64,000 nt of DNA from Candidatus Methanomethylophilaceae archaeon (GCA_050950505.1 JBMNHS010000001.1:1108824-1172823), one strand, 5' to 3'. Counted from the first letter of the stretch, positions 40,208 to 50,339 are shown. A program made the numbers and translations. Notes: generated by a model not told the origin, from the letters alone.

Positions 40208-43200
40208 AGTTTCACCTCCAGGGATTTCAGGTAAGCGATTGCTTTCGATCTGTCGAGAATGTCGTGGTACCTCTGGTTGGCGTAAGTTCTGAGGCAGGAG
40301 TAACAGGAATGGTTTCCGTCGGCTCCTCCGCAGGTACACTGTTCCATCATGTTCAACGAGAAGGTCAGAACCTTTTTCAGACTCTCTTCGTTGTGAAGTG
40401 CTTTCACATAGCCGGAACCTCCGGGCGTGTTGTCAAAGATAATGAATGTGTACTCATTATCAGTATTATCCAGACATCCGGAAACCTCTTTGTTGTCTAT
40501 TCCGAAGGTTCTGCAGAATCCTTCCTGCAAAGCCTGTAAAACCGAAACGGCGGTTTCAAAATCGGTGCAGGGGGTAGTAATGAACCGTAACATCACTATG
40601 TCGGTTTTGAATATATGGCCGAGACTGAGGGGCCTCAGGAATTTGTTCTTGCATTCAACACCTCTTTCATTCTCGTGCTTTGTATCCCGCACGCCTTCGT
40701 TCTGAATTTTTCCGAATCCGCAAACTTCACAAATCATGAACTTGGTATCGTTGATTGCGGTCAAACGTCCGTTTTCACGGGAAATCAGTTGCAATGATTC
40801 ATTATCCACTGTGATTATGTCTGTTTCCCTGGAGTACTTTTCACTCAGCGATATGTCACTTGAATAGGACTTGACGGGTTTTTCAGACACGTTGGTTTTG
40901 TTGTCATTAGGATTGTACATAAACCCGAATTCAGGCTTGATGAATCTCTCCTCGCCATGTAGCTTCTCACCGCAAGAACAGACATCCAAATCCCCCTCGT
41001 CATCGATGAAATTGTCCAGTTTGACAGAAATCTTTCTGCAGTGTCCGCATTTTCTGAATTTGTAGATAGGCCAGCCCCTTCCGTACATTTTCTTCACAAA
41101 TTTACTGGTCAGTTTGTTACCGTCCACCATAACTTCGGAACCGGGGGCGTAATCCGATATTCCGATCAGCGCATTTCTTGACAGATTGTATTTTTTAGGA
41201 TACGAACTGACCGGAACCAATTCCACTGTATCTACAGGGAAACCGTATTTCGGAATTATATTGTGTGAGGATAAGAAATCGAGAGTTTCGGTATGTTCAA
41301 AAGTTGAAAGCACTCTGTCTGCTTTGCTTGCCGATCTCAGCAGTTTTCTTCTATCTCCGGAGGATATCTTTGAATCGCTCTGTTGTATGCGCGTGAAGGA
41401 TTCTTCCATATGTTCGCAATCTTCCTTAAATTCCTCCACTGCCATTCTCATCCGTCCGTATTTTTCATTGAACAGATGTTCCGTCCATGCGAAGTTGTTC
41501 GGATCCAATTTGGTATCGTCTTCAGCCAGAGGTGAATCCAAAGGGTTCGGCAATACTTTACAGAGGTATTTTTTCAAGGTTTCCGGTTCCGATTCCATAT
41601 ATCTTTGGAATTCTCCGTAAGAATCGATGAATTCAGGTGTTTTTTTAGGGTAGGAACTGTAACCATTCTCAACCCAGAAATAACGCAGAGCGGAAGCAAA
41701 CATGTGCCTGATTGCAATGTTGGGGTTGTCCGCTTTTATTTTCGGTACAGGAATCTGTCCGTTTATCATGTCCAAGGGATTATTGAAGAATGACACATCG
41801 TGAGACATTTCCCTGCAGAACGTAACCGCGAAAGCAGATGAGTCCGGACCTCTTCCGGCTCTTCCCGCCCTCTGAATATAGTTGGCCGAAGAAGGAGGAA
41901 CATTCCTCATAAGAACCGTGTTGAGATCCCCTATATCCACACCCATCTCGAAAGTGGTCGAACAGCTCAAAGCGTTCAGTCTGCCTTCTTTGAAAGAGTT
42001 CTGTGTCTCCCTTGCTGCGTCTATGTTCAACTGCGCGGTGTGTTCCGCGATTCTGAGATGTTTCAACGGGGATTTGATTACCTGTCTAGTGTAGTGGTCC
42101 AATCCGCTTATATCCAAGGTGCCGTTCTTTTCCTCGCGAATAATTCTCATTACGTCTGTTTCGAATCTCTCAAGTGTCGATGTGACGCATCTGGGACAGA
42201 TGCCTTTGACCGAGAACGGGAAATTCTTTTTACAGGAACTGCACCTGTAATAATGTTCGGGAATTATTACGTTCAGACTGTCCAGATTCAAGAAACTGCA
42301 GGATTCTGAATTGTCGTATTCCAAAAAGTGATTGAAAGTCGAGAGTACGAATCTTTCAACTAAATCCTCATTGCCATCAAAAACACTGAGAAGGTAAGAG
42401 TTCATTCTTTTGTTCAGCAAGGGTTTTATGCGATTTGTATTCTTAGTGTCCGTGGTGTACCCGTAACGGTATTCGTACTTCTTCAGAGATCCGTCGGTAT
42501 TACACACAGCCCTGTTATCTCGTATGTGTTTCAACACCGAATTTACAAGATTGTAGAACGTGTCTGTATCCAATCCGAAAGCATTCTTTTCGAACGGAAC
42601 GAAGTCGTTGCCATTAGTTATTCTTCCGGCTTCAAAACGTAAAAATCCCATATATTCCATTGAACGGTACGAGTTGTTGCAGGAACATTCCCTTCTCAAT
42701 CCTTCGACCAGATCGTTCTTTGGAAAGTGCAGACCGTTGGTGTTGGAAATGTTACCCAACAAAGTCACAGCTTCTTCGTAAGGAATGCCTTTCATGAACA
42801 AGTCCGTATAGTTCTTCATCGCTTCGAAAATCACACGTTTCATGAGTATTCCGCGATAGGTGTCCGAAAGATAAGCGGAAAAGAAGGCGGCAGACTGCCT
42901 GCTGTCCGAGAACGAAAGGAATCTGTCGTCCTTTCCTTTGATCAGATCCTCATAAAGAGAAGACGCAATAACAGAGGTGGAAGCATCCTGTCCCAAATAC
43001 AGCTGTCTGAGAAGACCCCGTTTTGTGTTGGAGTTCTTGCATACCGGACATACAGACACTTTCTCTTTGTCACTTATTTTTATGATTTTATTCAGATAAA
43101 TTTCACCGCAATCACAGGAACGGTCACCTTCAACATAGGAAATCATTCCGCATTTGCTGCAGAGAAGTCTCGACTCTTCTTCATCAAAATTCGTCGGTTC

Positions 43201-44781
43201 GCCCTCGAATTCCCCCTCGGCCAACACGTAAGATTTGTATCCTCTGTAATCTTCAGAATTCCTTGCGACCTGTGTGAATTTTCCATTTTTCTCATCACCC
43301 AAAAGATAAGTCGCCTTACAGTTGTAACATGTGGAAATCTGGAATACTTTGTAGCTGTCGGAACCTACAAAATGTTCTTTTTTCGGTTTTATGAACAGAC
43401 TGTAGTCCGGCGCCAATGTCACGTAAGCTCCGTCAAGTCCCTTGACAAATAGATGATACTTCGAATCGAAAAGTTTCATCCCATTTTTCATGGCGGAAGT
43501 GGACGCGGAAATTATGGAGATGAGATCGTCGGAACTCAGGGAAAGTTCTTCCGAAAGCTCCTCAACCGTCTTTGGTCTTTCATCCAGACTGTCGGTGATT
43601 CTGTAAATAACCGGATCGTGACTTATTATGTCATACAAACGTTCTCTGACATTGAGCGTTTTGTTGTCATCCGCTTCGTCAAGAATCCCTTTTAACGAAG
43701 ATTCAACATCTTTGACATCCGGATTATTGACTATATCAGAAACTGACCTGTAGAAGTCCATATCCCGGAATGTTAGTTCGGCGGGCCTTTCGAAAGGTAT
43801 TCTGTTGGATCGTATTACGTCGCTTTCTTCAAAGGAAGAACTGCATAGTTCAGAAGCGAAGGCCGCAACTTCTTTATTTTGTTCTTCAGAACCCAATGTC
43901 GCACTTGTGAGAATGAACCTTATGCAGTCATTGTCCAACGCAGTCGTCAATCTTCTCAGCAACATGGCCACTTCAGAGCCTTTTGCTCCGTTGTATGTGT
44001 GAGCCTCATCGAGTACGATGTATTTCCATCCGTTATCCCCCTGAACTCCGAACAAGGAGTTGTTTTCGGGCTTTATCAGAAGGTGTTCCAACATGGCATA
44101 GTTGGTAATCAGAATGTCAGGCGGACTTTTCCTGAAACGTTCACGGGATATTACTTCGTTTCGAGGAATCTTCTCCGGCTCATTTAGGCTTTCTCTTGCC
44201 TGGGCTTCGGTGTCCTTGGTTTCCCCTGTGAAAGAACCAAAAGTGATGTCATTGTCGGATTCCCCTTTTTCAAAAACACCAATCATTTCCCTCAGTGTGT
44301 TAATTTGATCGTTTGCAAGAGCGTTCAATGGGTAAAGCAGCATAGCTTTCACACCGGATGATTTTCCGTTTTTGGATTCCAGCTTCTTTACTTTCATTAT
44401 ATGATTGAGAATCGGAATAAGAAAACTGAAGGTCTTTCCGGAACCGGTTCCCGTTGAGACGACTATATTCCTGTCTTCAACGACGGTTTTTCTTATCGCA
44501 GATTCCTGGTGATCGAAAAGCTTGTTGTTAAACTTGGGGTAATCCAAATCATTGAACCCTTGTTCCAACAGACCTTCATCCACAAATTCCTTCACGGTTT
44601 TTGACTTCGGATAGTTGTGAGTTATCTGCAGGTACGGCCCTTTGGATATTGCGTCATTCGAGAAGATTGCTTTCTCCAAATCTTTGTTATAATTCTGATT
44701 ATTGGTTCCGAAAGTGGCAAGAATATACTTTCTAAACGTTTCGGTTATGTTTTCTGATGCTATTAACGGATTGAATGTCAT
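40204..44781 (-). CDS. Large DEAD/DEAH helicase with Zn motifs and C-terminal DUF1998 (DruE-like)
   Basis: KGPY, HQ, TGTGSGKT, YPLNALANDQ, PPDILITNY.MLE, LDEAH, SATL, FSDSRQ.AA, EMGVDIG, QRAGRAGR, PKYGFP, D..PGGSG and C.C...CY.CL. Start MTFNP with a GGAGG RBS. Confidence 0.88.
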   Translation of the reverse strand: MTFNPLIASENITETFRKYILATFGTNNQNYNKDLEKAIFSNDAISKGPYLQITHNYPKSKTVKEFVDEGLLEQGFNDLDYPKFNNKLFDHQESAIRKTVVEDRNIVVSTGTGSGKTFSFLIPILNHIMKVKKLESKNGKSSGVKAMLLYPLNALANDQINTLREMIGVFEKGESDNDITFGSFTGETKDTEAQARESLNEPEKIPRNEVISRERFRKSPPDILITNYAMLEHLLIKPENNSLFGVQGDNGWKYIVLDEAHTYNGAKGSEVAMLLRRLTTALDNDCIRFILTSATLGSEEQNKEVAAFASELCSSSFEESDVIRSNRIPFERPAELTFRDMDFYRSVSDIVNNPDVKDVESSLKGILDEADDNKTLNVRERLYDIISHDPVIYRITDSLDERPKTVEELSEELSLSSDDLISIISASTSAMKNGMKLFDSKYHLFVKGLDGAYVTLAPDYSLFIKPKKEHFVGSDSYKVFQISTCYNCKATYLLGDEKNGKFTQVARNSEDYRGYKSYVLAEGEFEGEPTNFDEEESRLLCSKCGMISYVEGDRSCDCGEIYLNKIIKISDKEKVSVCPVCKNSNTKRGLLRQLYLGQDASTSVIASSLYEDLIKGKDDRFLSFSDSRQSAAFFSAYLSDTYRGILMKRVIFEAMKNYTDLFMKGIPYEEAVTLLGNISNTNGLHFPKNDLVEGLRRECSCNNSYRSMEYMGFLRFEAGRITNGNDFVPFEKNAFGLDTDTFYNLVNSVLKHIRDNRAVCNTDGSLKKYEYRYGYTTDTKNTNRIKPLLNKRMNSYLLSVFDGNEDLVERFVLSTFNHFLEYDNSESCSFLNLDSLNVIIPEHYYRCSSCKKNFPFSVKGICPRCVTSTLERFETDVMRIIREEKNGTLDISGLDHYTRQVIKSPLKHLRIAEHTAQLNIDAARETQNSFKEGRLNALSCSTTFEMGVDIGDLNTVLMRNVPPSSANYIQRAGRAGRGPDSSAFAVTFCREMSHDVSFFNNPLDMINGQIPVPKIKADNPNIAIRHMFASALRYFWVENGYSSYPKKTPEFIDSYGEFQRYMESEPETLKKYLCKVLPNPLDSPLAEDDTKLDPNNFAWTEHLFNEKYGRMRMAVEEFKEDCEHMEESFTRIQQSDSKISSGDRRKLLRSASKADRVLSTFEHTETLDFLSSHNIIPKYGFPVDTVELVPVSSYPKKYNLSRNALIGISDYAPGSEVMVDGNKLTSKFVKKMYGRGWPIYKFRKCGHCRKISVKLDNFIDDEGDLDVCSCGEKLHGEERFIKPEFGFMYNPNDNKTNVSEKPVKSYSSDISLSEKYSRETDIITVDNESLQLISRENGRLTAINDTKFMICEVCGFGKIQNEGVRDTKHENERGVECKNKFLRPLSLGHIFKTDIVMLRFITTPCTDFETAVSVLQALQEGFCRTFGIDNKEVSGCLDNTDNEYTFIIFDNTPGGSGYVKALHNEESLKKVLTFSLNMMEQCTCGGADGNHSCYSCLRTYANQRYHDILDRSKAIAYLKSLEVKL

Positions 44782-44932
44782 ATTTTTCTCCTCCTTTTTT
44801 ATGATTTTTTTGATAGTGTTCACTGCTTCTCTCATAATTTTAACGAAAAACCGGATTTCCCGTTCCGATCGGATGCTTCAATCCGATTGTCCGGGCATAC
44901 ACTTCCTGTTGTGTACGAACGGTTTCAACGAC

Positions 44933-45688
44933 TCATGGTTTGAACGCCCTGAGGTACTTCAGAACCTCGGCGTCATCATCCGTCCACTCCGGCGTAAAGC
45001 CCTGTTTGAGATATTCGTCATACCATTCGGAGCAGTATTTCATCGGCTCCGCCATATCCCGTTTCTTTTTCAGAATGAAGTGGGTGTTTTCTTCGTTGGG
45101 AACCCACTGTTTGGGTCTGGCATAGTCCTTTTCTTCAAGGAATCCGACAACGAACACGATCTCGTCCACTCCGGAAAGTTCGGCATACAGCGAAGCCTGA
45201 TACATGTACTGGTCGGACAGATTGGAGTAACCTCCTTCCTCATCCTCCCAGGACTCTTTGGAACCGGAAGTTTTGATTTCCAGAATCGCCCTTCTGGCCC
45301 CGTCTGCGTGTATGTACCCGTCAACCATCCCTCCGAAGAGCCTGTCCTGATGGAAATGATCGTATCCGCATTCTTTGCCTTCAACGGGTTCTTCGATCAC
45401 CACGGAACCGTCCAACCCCAGAAGATCGGAAATTTTATCGATGTTCTCCGTCACGTATTTGCGAATAACGGGTTCGATTATGTTTCCGGCTTCCATGTAC
45501 TTGTTGCTGCGGTCCCCGGGGTACAGCCCGGCCATCTCACAGGCTACTTTGAAGGGAGTCGCAAACTCGCCGACCCCCATTATGGATGCCACCCGGGTTC
45601 CCGTGATTTTCTTCAGCTTGTACGTATCGAAATAGACGGTTTTGTATTCGTCGTCTATGTCTATTATTGCGCGTCTTCCGTCAAACAT
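44933..45688 (-). CDS. YqaJ/lambda-exonuclease family nuclease
   Basis: ITGT...IMG...F.TP, G..IEP.I, GMVDG, LEIKT, Y.YQ..LY. Confidence 0.85.
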   Translation of the reverse strand: MFDGRRAIIDIDDEYKTVYFDTYKLKKITGTRVASIMGVGEFATPFKVACEMAGLYPGDRSNKYMEAGNIIEPVIRKYVTENIDKISDLLGLDGSVVIEEPVEGKECGYDHFHQDRLFGGMVDGYIHADGARRAILEIKTSGSKESWEDEEGGYSNLSDQYMYQASLYAELSGVDEIVFVVGFLEEKDYARPKQWVPNEENTHFILKKKRDMAEPMKYCSEWYDEYLKQGFTPEWTDDDAEVLKYLRAFKP

Positions 45689-45698
45689 GGTTGTTACC

Positions 45699-47300
45699 TC
45701 AGATACTTACTTCCAGCGTGTTTCCGTTCACCATTCTCCAGTTGAATTTTCCGAACCTGTTCCCCAGAACTTCGATTCTGTTCAGATGGGGGACGTGGAT
45801 GATGCCGTTGCGGCATTCGGCAACGCCGTATGCGTCAGGGACGAATCTCATCACTGTTCCGTCGGCGTTTATCTTGACGGTGTATGTCCCTTCATCAATA
45901 AGAGAGCATTTGAACTCGTCAGCGGATATGCGTATCACCGATCCGGACAGGGGCTCGAGTCTTGATTGGATTGTCGATTTTCTGGTTTCACAGAGAAGAT
46001 TGTTGATTTCGACGCGAGCCTCCGTCAACTTGCTGAGAGCTATCCTATGCTCGGATTTCACGGAATCCAATTCCCTGCGAAGGTCGTTTACCGTTTCATC
46101 ATCGTGTTCCGGAATGTCAGATATTTCCGATATCCTGTTTGAGTTCATCTTCACACGGAGCATCTCGGCTTCATTCCTGTACCTGTTCAATTCGACTTCG
46201 AGCTCGTCGATTTTGGCTTCGTAATGATCGTGTCCGGTTCTGTTTGCCGTCCTGAGTTCTTCGACTCTCCGTTCCATCTCGCTGTTCTTTGCTTTTACGA
46301 GATCCTCCAGAGATTCGTTTTTCTCCGTGAGCCGATTTATCTCGTCAGTGAGATGTTTGCATCTCTCGGCTTGGAATTCGGAATCATTTTTGTACCCGTT
46401 GAGATCCTTATTCAGATTTTCTATTACACCTTCGTAGTAACTGGAATCGGTCATGTTTTTGGTTGTGAGCTCTTCCGTTTTCTGTTCCATCTCGGCCTTC
46501 TCCCTTTTGATTTGTTCTTCCAGTAACCCGTTCCTCTCCGTGAGTCTGGTTATTTTATCTTTGAGAATTTGGACTTCTTTTCCGTCACTTCCGTTCTCAA
46601 TCTCATGAATTCTGTCGGTCAAATCTTCTATTTCGGCAAGATTTTGCTTTTCCTTCCTGCTGTATTCGGCGGTGAGTTCGGAAAGAACCGTCTTGTGTTC
46701 GTCGACAAGTTTCTTTTCCGATTTCCTGAATTCTTTTTCAAGTTCCTTGCGAAGGGTTTTCTCTCCGTCGATTTTGTTTCCGATTTGGGATTTGAGTCTT
46801 TCGCATTCTCTCTTGAGATTTTTGAAATCAGCATTAATTTCATCAAACCTTGCGACATCTTCGCTGAGATCCAGATGCTTCAGAATTTCTTCAGGACGGT
46901 TTTTCCACATGAATTCCGCGAGGGTTTCCGTTTTCCCGTTCAGGCCCACGATGTCTTCGGAATTTATCCTGTACAGAGGCTGTGCGATTACGCTGTTGTT
47001 TGCTTCCGTATCCGCGACACAGACCCAAAGCTCGTTTTCATTGACGGGAGTTTCCGTCACCCGGTTGGATCCTATTCGGATTCCGTCGAAACGGCTCACA
47101 AGTTCTCCGTTCTCATCCTTTGAAACCAACAGTACTTTCATCATTCCCAGAGGCGCTCCGTTTTTCGGATTGATGCCGTTCGAACCGAGGAACATTTTAT
47201 GATCCTTGGTTAGATTGCCGTCCGATGCCGCCTTGTTGAGTGCTCCTTTGTTGCGGGTTACGGTTCTTCCCCTGTTGTTGGGAATTCGGGTTTTTCTCAT
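45699..47300 (-). CDS. Long coiled-coil protein with small globular N- and C-terminal domains
   Basis: About 300 aa of E/K-rich heptads flanked by beta-rich domains. The start overlaps the NYN gene stop (ATGA). Confidence 0.75.
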   Translation of the reverse strand: MRKTRIPNNRGRTVTRNKGALNKAASDGNLTKDHKMFLGSNGINPKNGAPLGMMKVLLVSKDENGELVSRFDGIRIGSNRVTETPVNENELWVCVADTEANNSVIAQPLYRINSEDIVGLNGKTETLAEFMWKNRPEEILKHLDLSEDVARFDEINADFKNLKRECERLKSQIGNKIDGEKTLRKELEKEFRKSEKKLVDEHKTVLSELTAEYSRKEKQNLAEIEDLTDRIHEIENGSDGKEVQILKDKITRLTERNGLLEEQIKREKAEMEQKTEELTTKNMTDSSYYEGVIENLNKDLNGYKNDSEFQAERCKHLTDEINRLTEKNESLEDLVKAKNSEMERRVEELRTANRTGHDHYEAKIDELEVELNRYRNEAEMLRVKMNSNRISEISDIPEHDDETVNDLRRELDSVKSEHRIALSKLTEARVEINNLLCETRKSTIQSRLEPLSGSVIRISADEFKCSLIDEGTYTVKINADGTVMRFVPDAYGVAECRNGIIHVPHLNRIEVLGNRFGKFNWRMVNGNTLEVSI

Positions 47301-47932
47301 TCTGCGGCCCCCCTGTTGTTTTCTGTTTCAGCAAGAATATTGTCCAAAGATCTGAACCCGTCATCGTTGCCGAATTCTATCATTGATTCGGGATATACGA
47401 ATTCGCGGGCGTTATAGTCGTTGGGCGGGTAGTAATCGATCATAGGTATTCCGGACAGATTTGTGAATATGTTCGCTATATCGATCATCTCATCGGAGAT
47501 GTCATCTTTGAAAGCTGCGACCTCAACTTTCTTTCCGAGATTCTGTACTGCCCGTATGGCCGGGATAAAGTCCCGGTCTCCGCTAATCAGAATAGCTACG
47601 TCATAATGATCGTTCACGGCATGCATCAACATTTCAACAGCTATGGAAACGTCGACTTCCTTCTGTTTATCGTTGGCGAAATGCCCCTTGATCACTCTGT
47701 ACCCCATATCGGAAAAATGATCTCTTTCTTCCTTATTATTATTGAAATAAAGTTTGGTGTCGAAAACCATCGCACCGGCTACAGTCCTGTCATCGACAAG
47801 TGTGTTTGCCAGTTCCAAATGGTCGATCTTACAGTTTTCCAGACCCTTATGACCTTCCAATCCGTACTTTACGTTGGCGAGATCCAAGAAGATCATCACC
47901 CGGTCATCCTTGTTTGTTTTTATTATACGCAT
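47297..47932 (-). CDS. NYN-domain (LabA/DUF88, PIN-like) nuclease
   Basis: IFLDLAN, QKEVDVSIAVEM, ILISGDRDFIP, GKKVEV. Confidence 0.88.
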   Translation of the reverse strand: MRIIKTNKDDRVMIFLDLANVKYGLEGHKGLENCKIDHLELANTLVDDRTVAGAMVFDTKLYFNNNKEERDHFSDMGYRVIKGHFANDKQKEVDVSIAVEMLMHAVNDHYDVAILISGDRDFIPAIRAVQNLGKKVEVAAFKDDISDEMIDIANIFTNLSGIPMIDYYPPNDYNAREFVYPESMIEFGNDDGFRSLDNILAETENNRGAAE

Positions 47933-47992
47933 ATTATCCCCATTCTGCCCTTTCGGGCAATTATTTCATTGCATTATATCTATAAATATACA

Positions 47993-48057
47993 TATAACGT
48001 TATAGTTGTTATCAAAGTTATAAATGTTATATGATTTTCTTTTGTTACAAAAGTTAT
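47993..48057. promoter_or_regulatory. Divergent promoter region with a 9-bp-phased GTTAT direct-repeat array and a 12-bp palindrome
   Basis: GTTAT at 47999, 48008, 48017, 48026 and 48053, GTTAC at 48044, and TATAACGTTATA at 47993-48004. Confidence 0.7.
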
Positions 48058-48084
48058 TAAAAATCACAATGACTACCATTGAAC

Positions 48085-49059
48085 ATGGGGGAGAGTAAAA
48101 CCGACGGAAAATCCGTGAAACCTATCGAGAGAATAATCATTTCCTGCGTTACTTTCGATACCGTGAAAATAACCGATCCCATAGAATTCTACGATGCCAC
48201 AAAGGCATATTTGGTACACTACTTCAAAAAAGAGAACCGTTACGAATTGGTTTACCAAAGAGTCCTCGAAATGTTGGATGAAAAATTTGATTTGACTCTG
48301 ATGGATTACGATTTGGAAAAGGGAAGATGCGAGAACAAAGTTCACGAAGACAATGAAAAGACTCCCGTTACTGTTTCGAAAGACGGTAAAATCAATAAAA
48401 TTGTCAAGGAACTGTCCATTGTGGACGTTAACCAGGTTGTTTACGACTTCCAGGAAATGCTCAAAACAATGTTCTCGATCATGGAGTGTGAAAGAAAGGA
48501 CGAAGACGATCTCAAGAATCCCATTTACGTCAACATTTCCGCCGGAACCTCAGAGTTTTCCGCGGCTGCTTTGATTGCATCCATGATGTTTGAAAACGTC
48601 GAGGTTTTTTCCGTGAACGCGTCGGAATACACTGTGAGCGACAACTCTCTTTACAGCGATGAAAACGGTAAATTCATAGGATTGGCGAAATCCGTCAAAG
48701 AACCTTATTCCATCAAAAGTTTCTCCATTCCGCGGCCTGACAGGAGACTTGTTCTTTCACTGAGAGTTTATCACGAAAACGGGTATCCGACCGCCGCAAA
48801 GGCCATAGAAGCGTTGAAAGCGGCCACCTATTCCGTTGATGGCAAGACATTCAATCTTTGGGACTGGGAAGACACCCCGCAAGAAGAAAAATTCAAAGTG
48901 CAGGATGAAAAACTGACCGCAAAAGACAAAATGAAATTCCAAAGACAGTTCATCGACAAGTGGATGGCCGAAGACTTCCTCATAAGAGTCGGGAGAGGCT
49001 CCTACAAACTGTCTTCCCACGGTGAATTTACCGTTGAAACATACTACACCACGGAATGA
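48085..49059 (+). CDS. CARF-like (DUF6293/Csa3-like) domain + C-terminal winged-helix regulator
   Basis: Rossmann-like start IIISCVTFD, DFQEML, IYVNISAGT (CARF N.S/TGG-type loop), and a wHTH-like end GRGSYKLSSHG. Confidence 0.65.
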   Translation: MGESKTDGKSVKPIERIIISCVTFDTVKITDPIEFYDATKAYLVHYFKKENRYELVYQRVLEMLDEKFDLTLMDYDLEKGRCENKVHEDNEKTPVTVSKDGKINKIVKELSIVDVNQVVYDFQEMLKTMFSIMECERKDEDDLKNPIYVNISAGTSEFSAAALIASMMFENVEVFSVNASEYTVSDNSLYSDENGKFIGLAKSVKEPYSIKSFSIPRPDRRLVLSLRVYHENGYPTAAKAIEALKAATYSVDGKTFNLWDWEDTPQEEKFKVQDEKLTAKDKMKFQRQFIDKWMAEDFLIRVGRGSYKLSSHGEFTVETYYTTE

Positions 49060-49107
49060 AGACAGTGTGACGTGTTCCGGAAGCAACCGCGGTAAAATAT
49101 CAAAAGC

Positions 49108-49132
49108 CGCAACGATATCGCAGACCGTTGCG
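49108..49132. terminator. Hairpin between convergent genes
   Basis: CGCAACG...CGTTGCG followed by a T-rich tract. Confidence 0.45.
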
Positions 49133-49157
49133 ATTTTTATAGTTTTGATTTGTGTTC

Positions 49158-49721
49158 TCAGGTATTCCTGAACTTCAGACCTGCGGTCTTTGCCCTGGCC
49201 ATCAGATCCGCGTCATCCCTGGCATGTTTTGTATGACCTTCATCGGAAAACAGCAACCTGTCCGTGACCTCGAACCCTAGGTTCTCAAGGGTGGTGCTCA
49301 TACGATCCGCAACCTTTTCCGCTATGTCCATGGTCCGGGAGCAGGTTACCACGACGACGGCTTTCTTCCCTTTGGCAATGTTATGACTGAAATCTTCGTT
49401 GTAGAACGAATACATACGGTCTTCCAACACTTTGTATTGGGATGCCACTTCGTTGAAATAAACCGGAGTGGAGACAATCACCGCGTCGGAATCCCTGATG
49501 GCATCAAGGGTTTCCTGAATCTCGTCGTTGTGAATGCACCTGCCGGTTTTCTTGCATTCATCGCATGCTGAACAGCCGCGCAATGCACGGAATTTGTCCA
49601 ATCTGAAAAATTCAATGAGGTTTGTGGACAAACCCATTGCGCCGTCCGTCACAGCACTCACGATGGTATCCGAATTTCCACCGATCACAGGACTCGCCAC
49701 GACAGCAACGATTTTGCTCAT
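49158..49721 (-). CDS. Iron-sulfur flavoprotein / flavodoxin family
   Basis: SP..GNS, GCSACDECKKTGRC, STPVYF, K...DR. Confidence 0.85.
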   Translation of the reverse strand: MSKIVAVVASPVIGGNSDTIVSAVTDGAMGLSTNLIEFFRLDKFRALRGCSACDECKKTGRCIHNDEIQETLDAIRDSDAVIVSTPVYFNEVASQYKVLEDRMYSFYNEDFSHNIAKGKKAVVVVTCSRTMDIAEKVADRMSTTLENLGFEVTDRLLFSDEGHTKHARDDADLMARAKTAGLKFRNT

Positions 49722-49784
49722 GGCTATTTCGTAGCACCCCGTAATATATCATATTTTTTGTTCGCCCTATTATTTTATTGGAGA

Positions 49785-50339
49785 TTATTCTTTTTTCCCC
49801 GTCGCCCTGCGAGGCACGGTTTCATATCCGTCATCCAAAGGCGTTATCTGCAGGTGGGTGTAGAAGGGATCTTCGTATTTCGATCCCATGTAATCGTCGA
49901 TGTCCAGATTCATGTTTCTTAAAATCCTTATCAGAGTGTTCCTCATATGCAGCACGTCTTCCCTGGGAATTCCCACAAAGTAACTGTTGTTCAGTTCCGT
50001 CGTGTTCTCCATTATCATGGAAGCAAGCTCTCTCCCGGATTCCGTGAGGAAAATAGAATATTTTCTGCTCTTCGGAGTTTCCCGGTCGTCATAAACGAAT
50101 CCCTTGTCCCTGAGGACTTTGATGACTCTGTTGGTGTTGGCGGCATCGAGATCCAAAAACTTGGACAGGCTTATCAGAGTCTGCCCGTCCTGCAGCTTAA
50201 GAGCGATGAGATAAACCGCGTGAGCGCTTGTCAAATCGTAATCCACAAGCATCTCATTCATATTTTTTCTCATCTGGAAGCTCATCCTGTCGAAGAAAGC
50301 CGGTAAGAACGAGTTCCAATACACATCCTCTCTGTCCAT
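49785..50339 (-). CDS. MarR-family transcriptional regulator
   Basis: LT......L, LS..L.LD.AN..R.I..L..KGFV, LTESG. Confidence 0.85.
   Translation of the reverse strand: MDREDVYWNSFLPAFFDRMSFQMRKNMNEMLVDYDLTSAHAVYLIALKLQDGQTLISLSKFLDLDAANTNRVIKVLRDKGFVYDDRETPKSRKYSIFLTESGRELASMIMENTTELNNSYFVGIPREDVLHMRNTLIRILRNMNLDIDDYMGSKYEDPFYTHLQITPLDDGYETVPRRATGKKE

Noticed and set aside
44933-45688. Prophage suggested by the YqaJ 'viral recombinase'
   Set aside because: There is no annealase, terminase, capsid, portal or integrase gene nearby.
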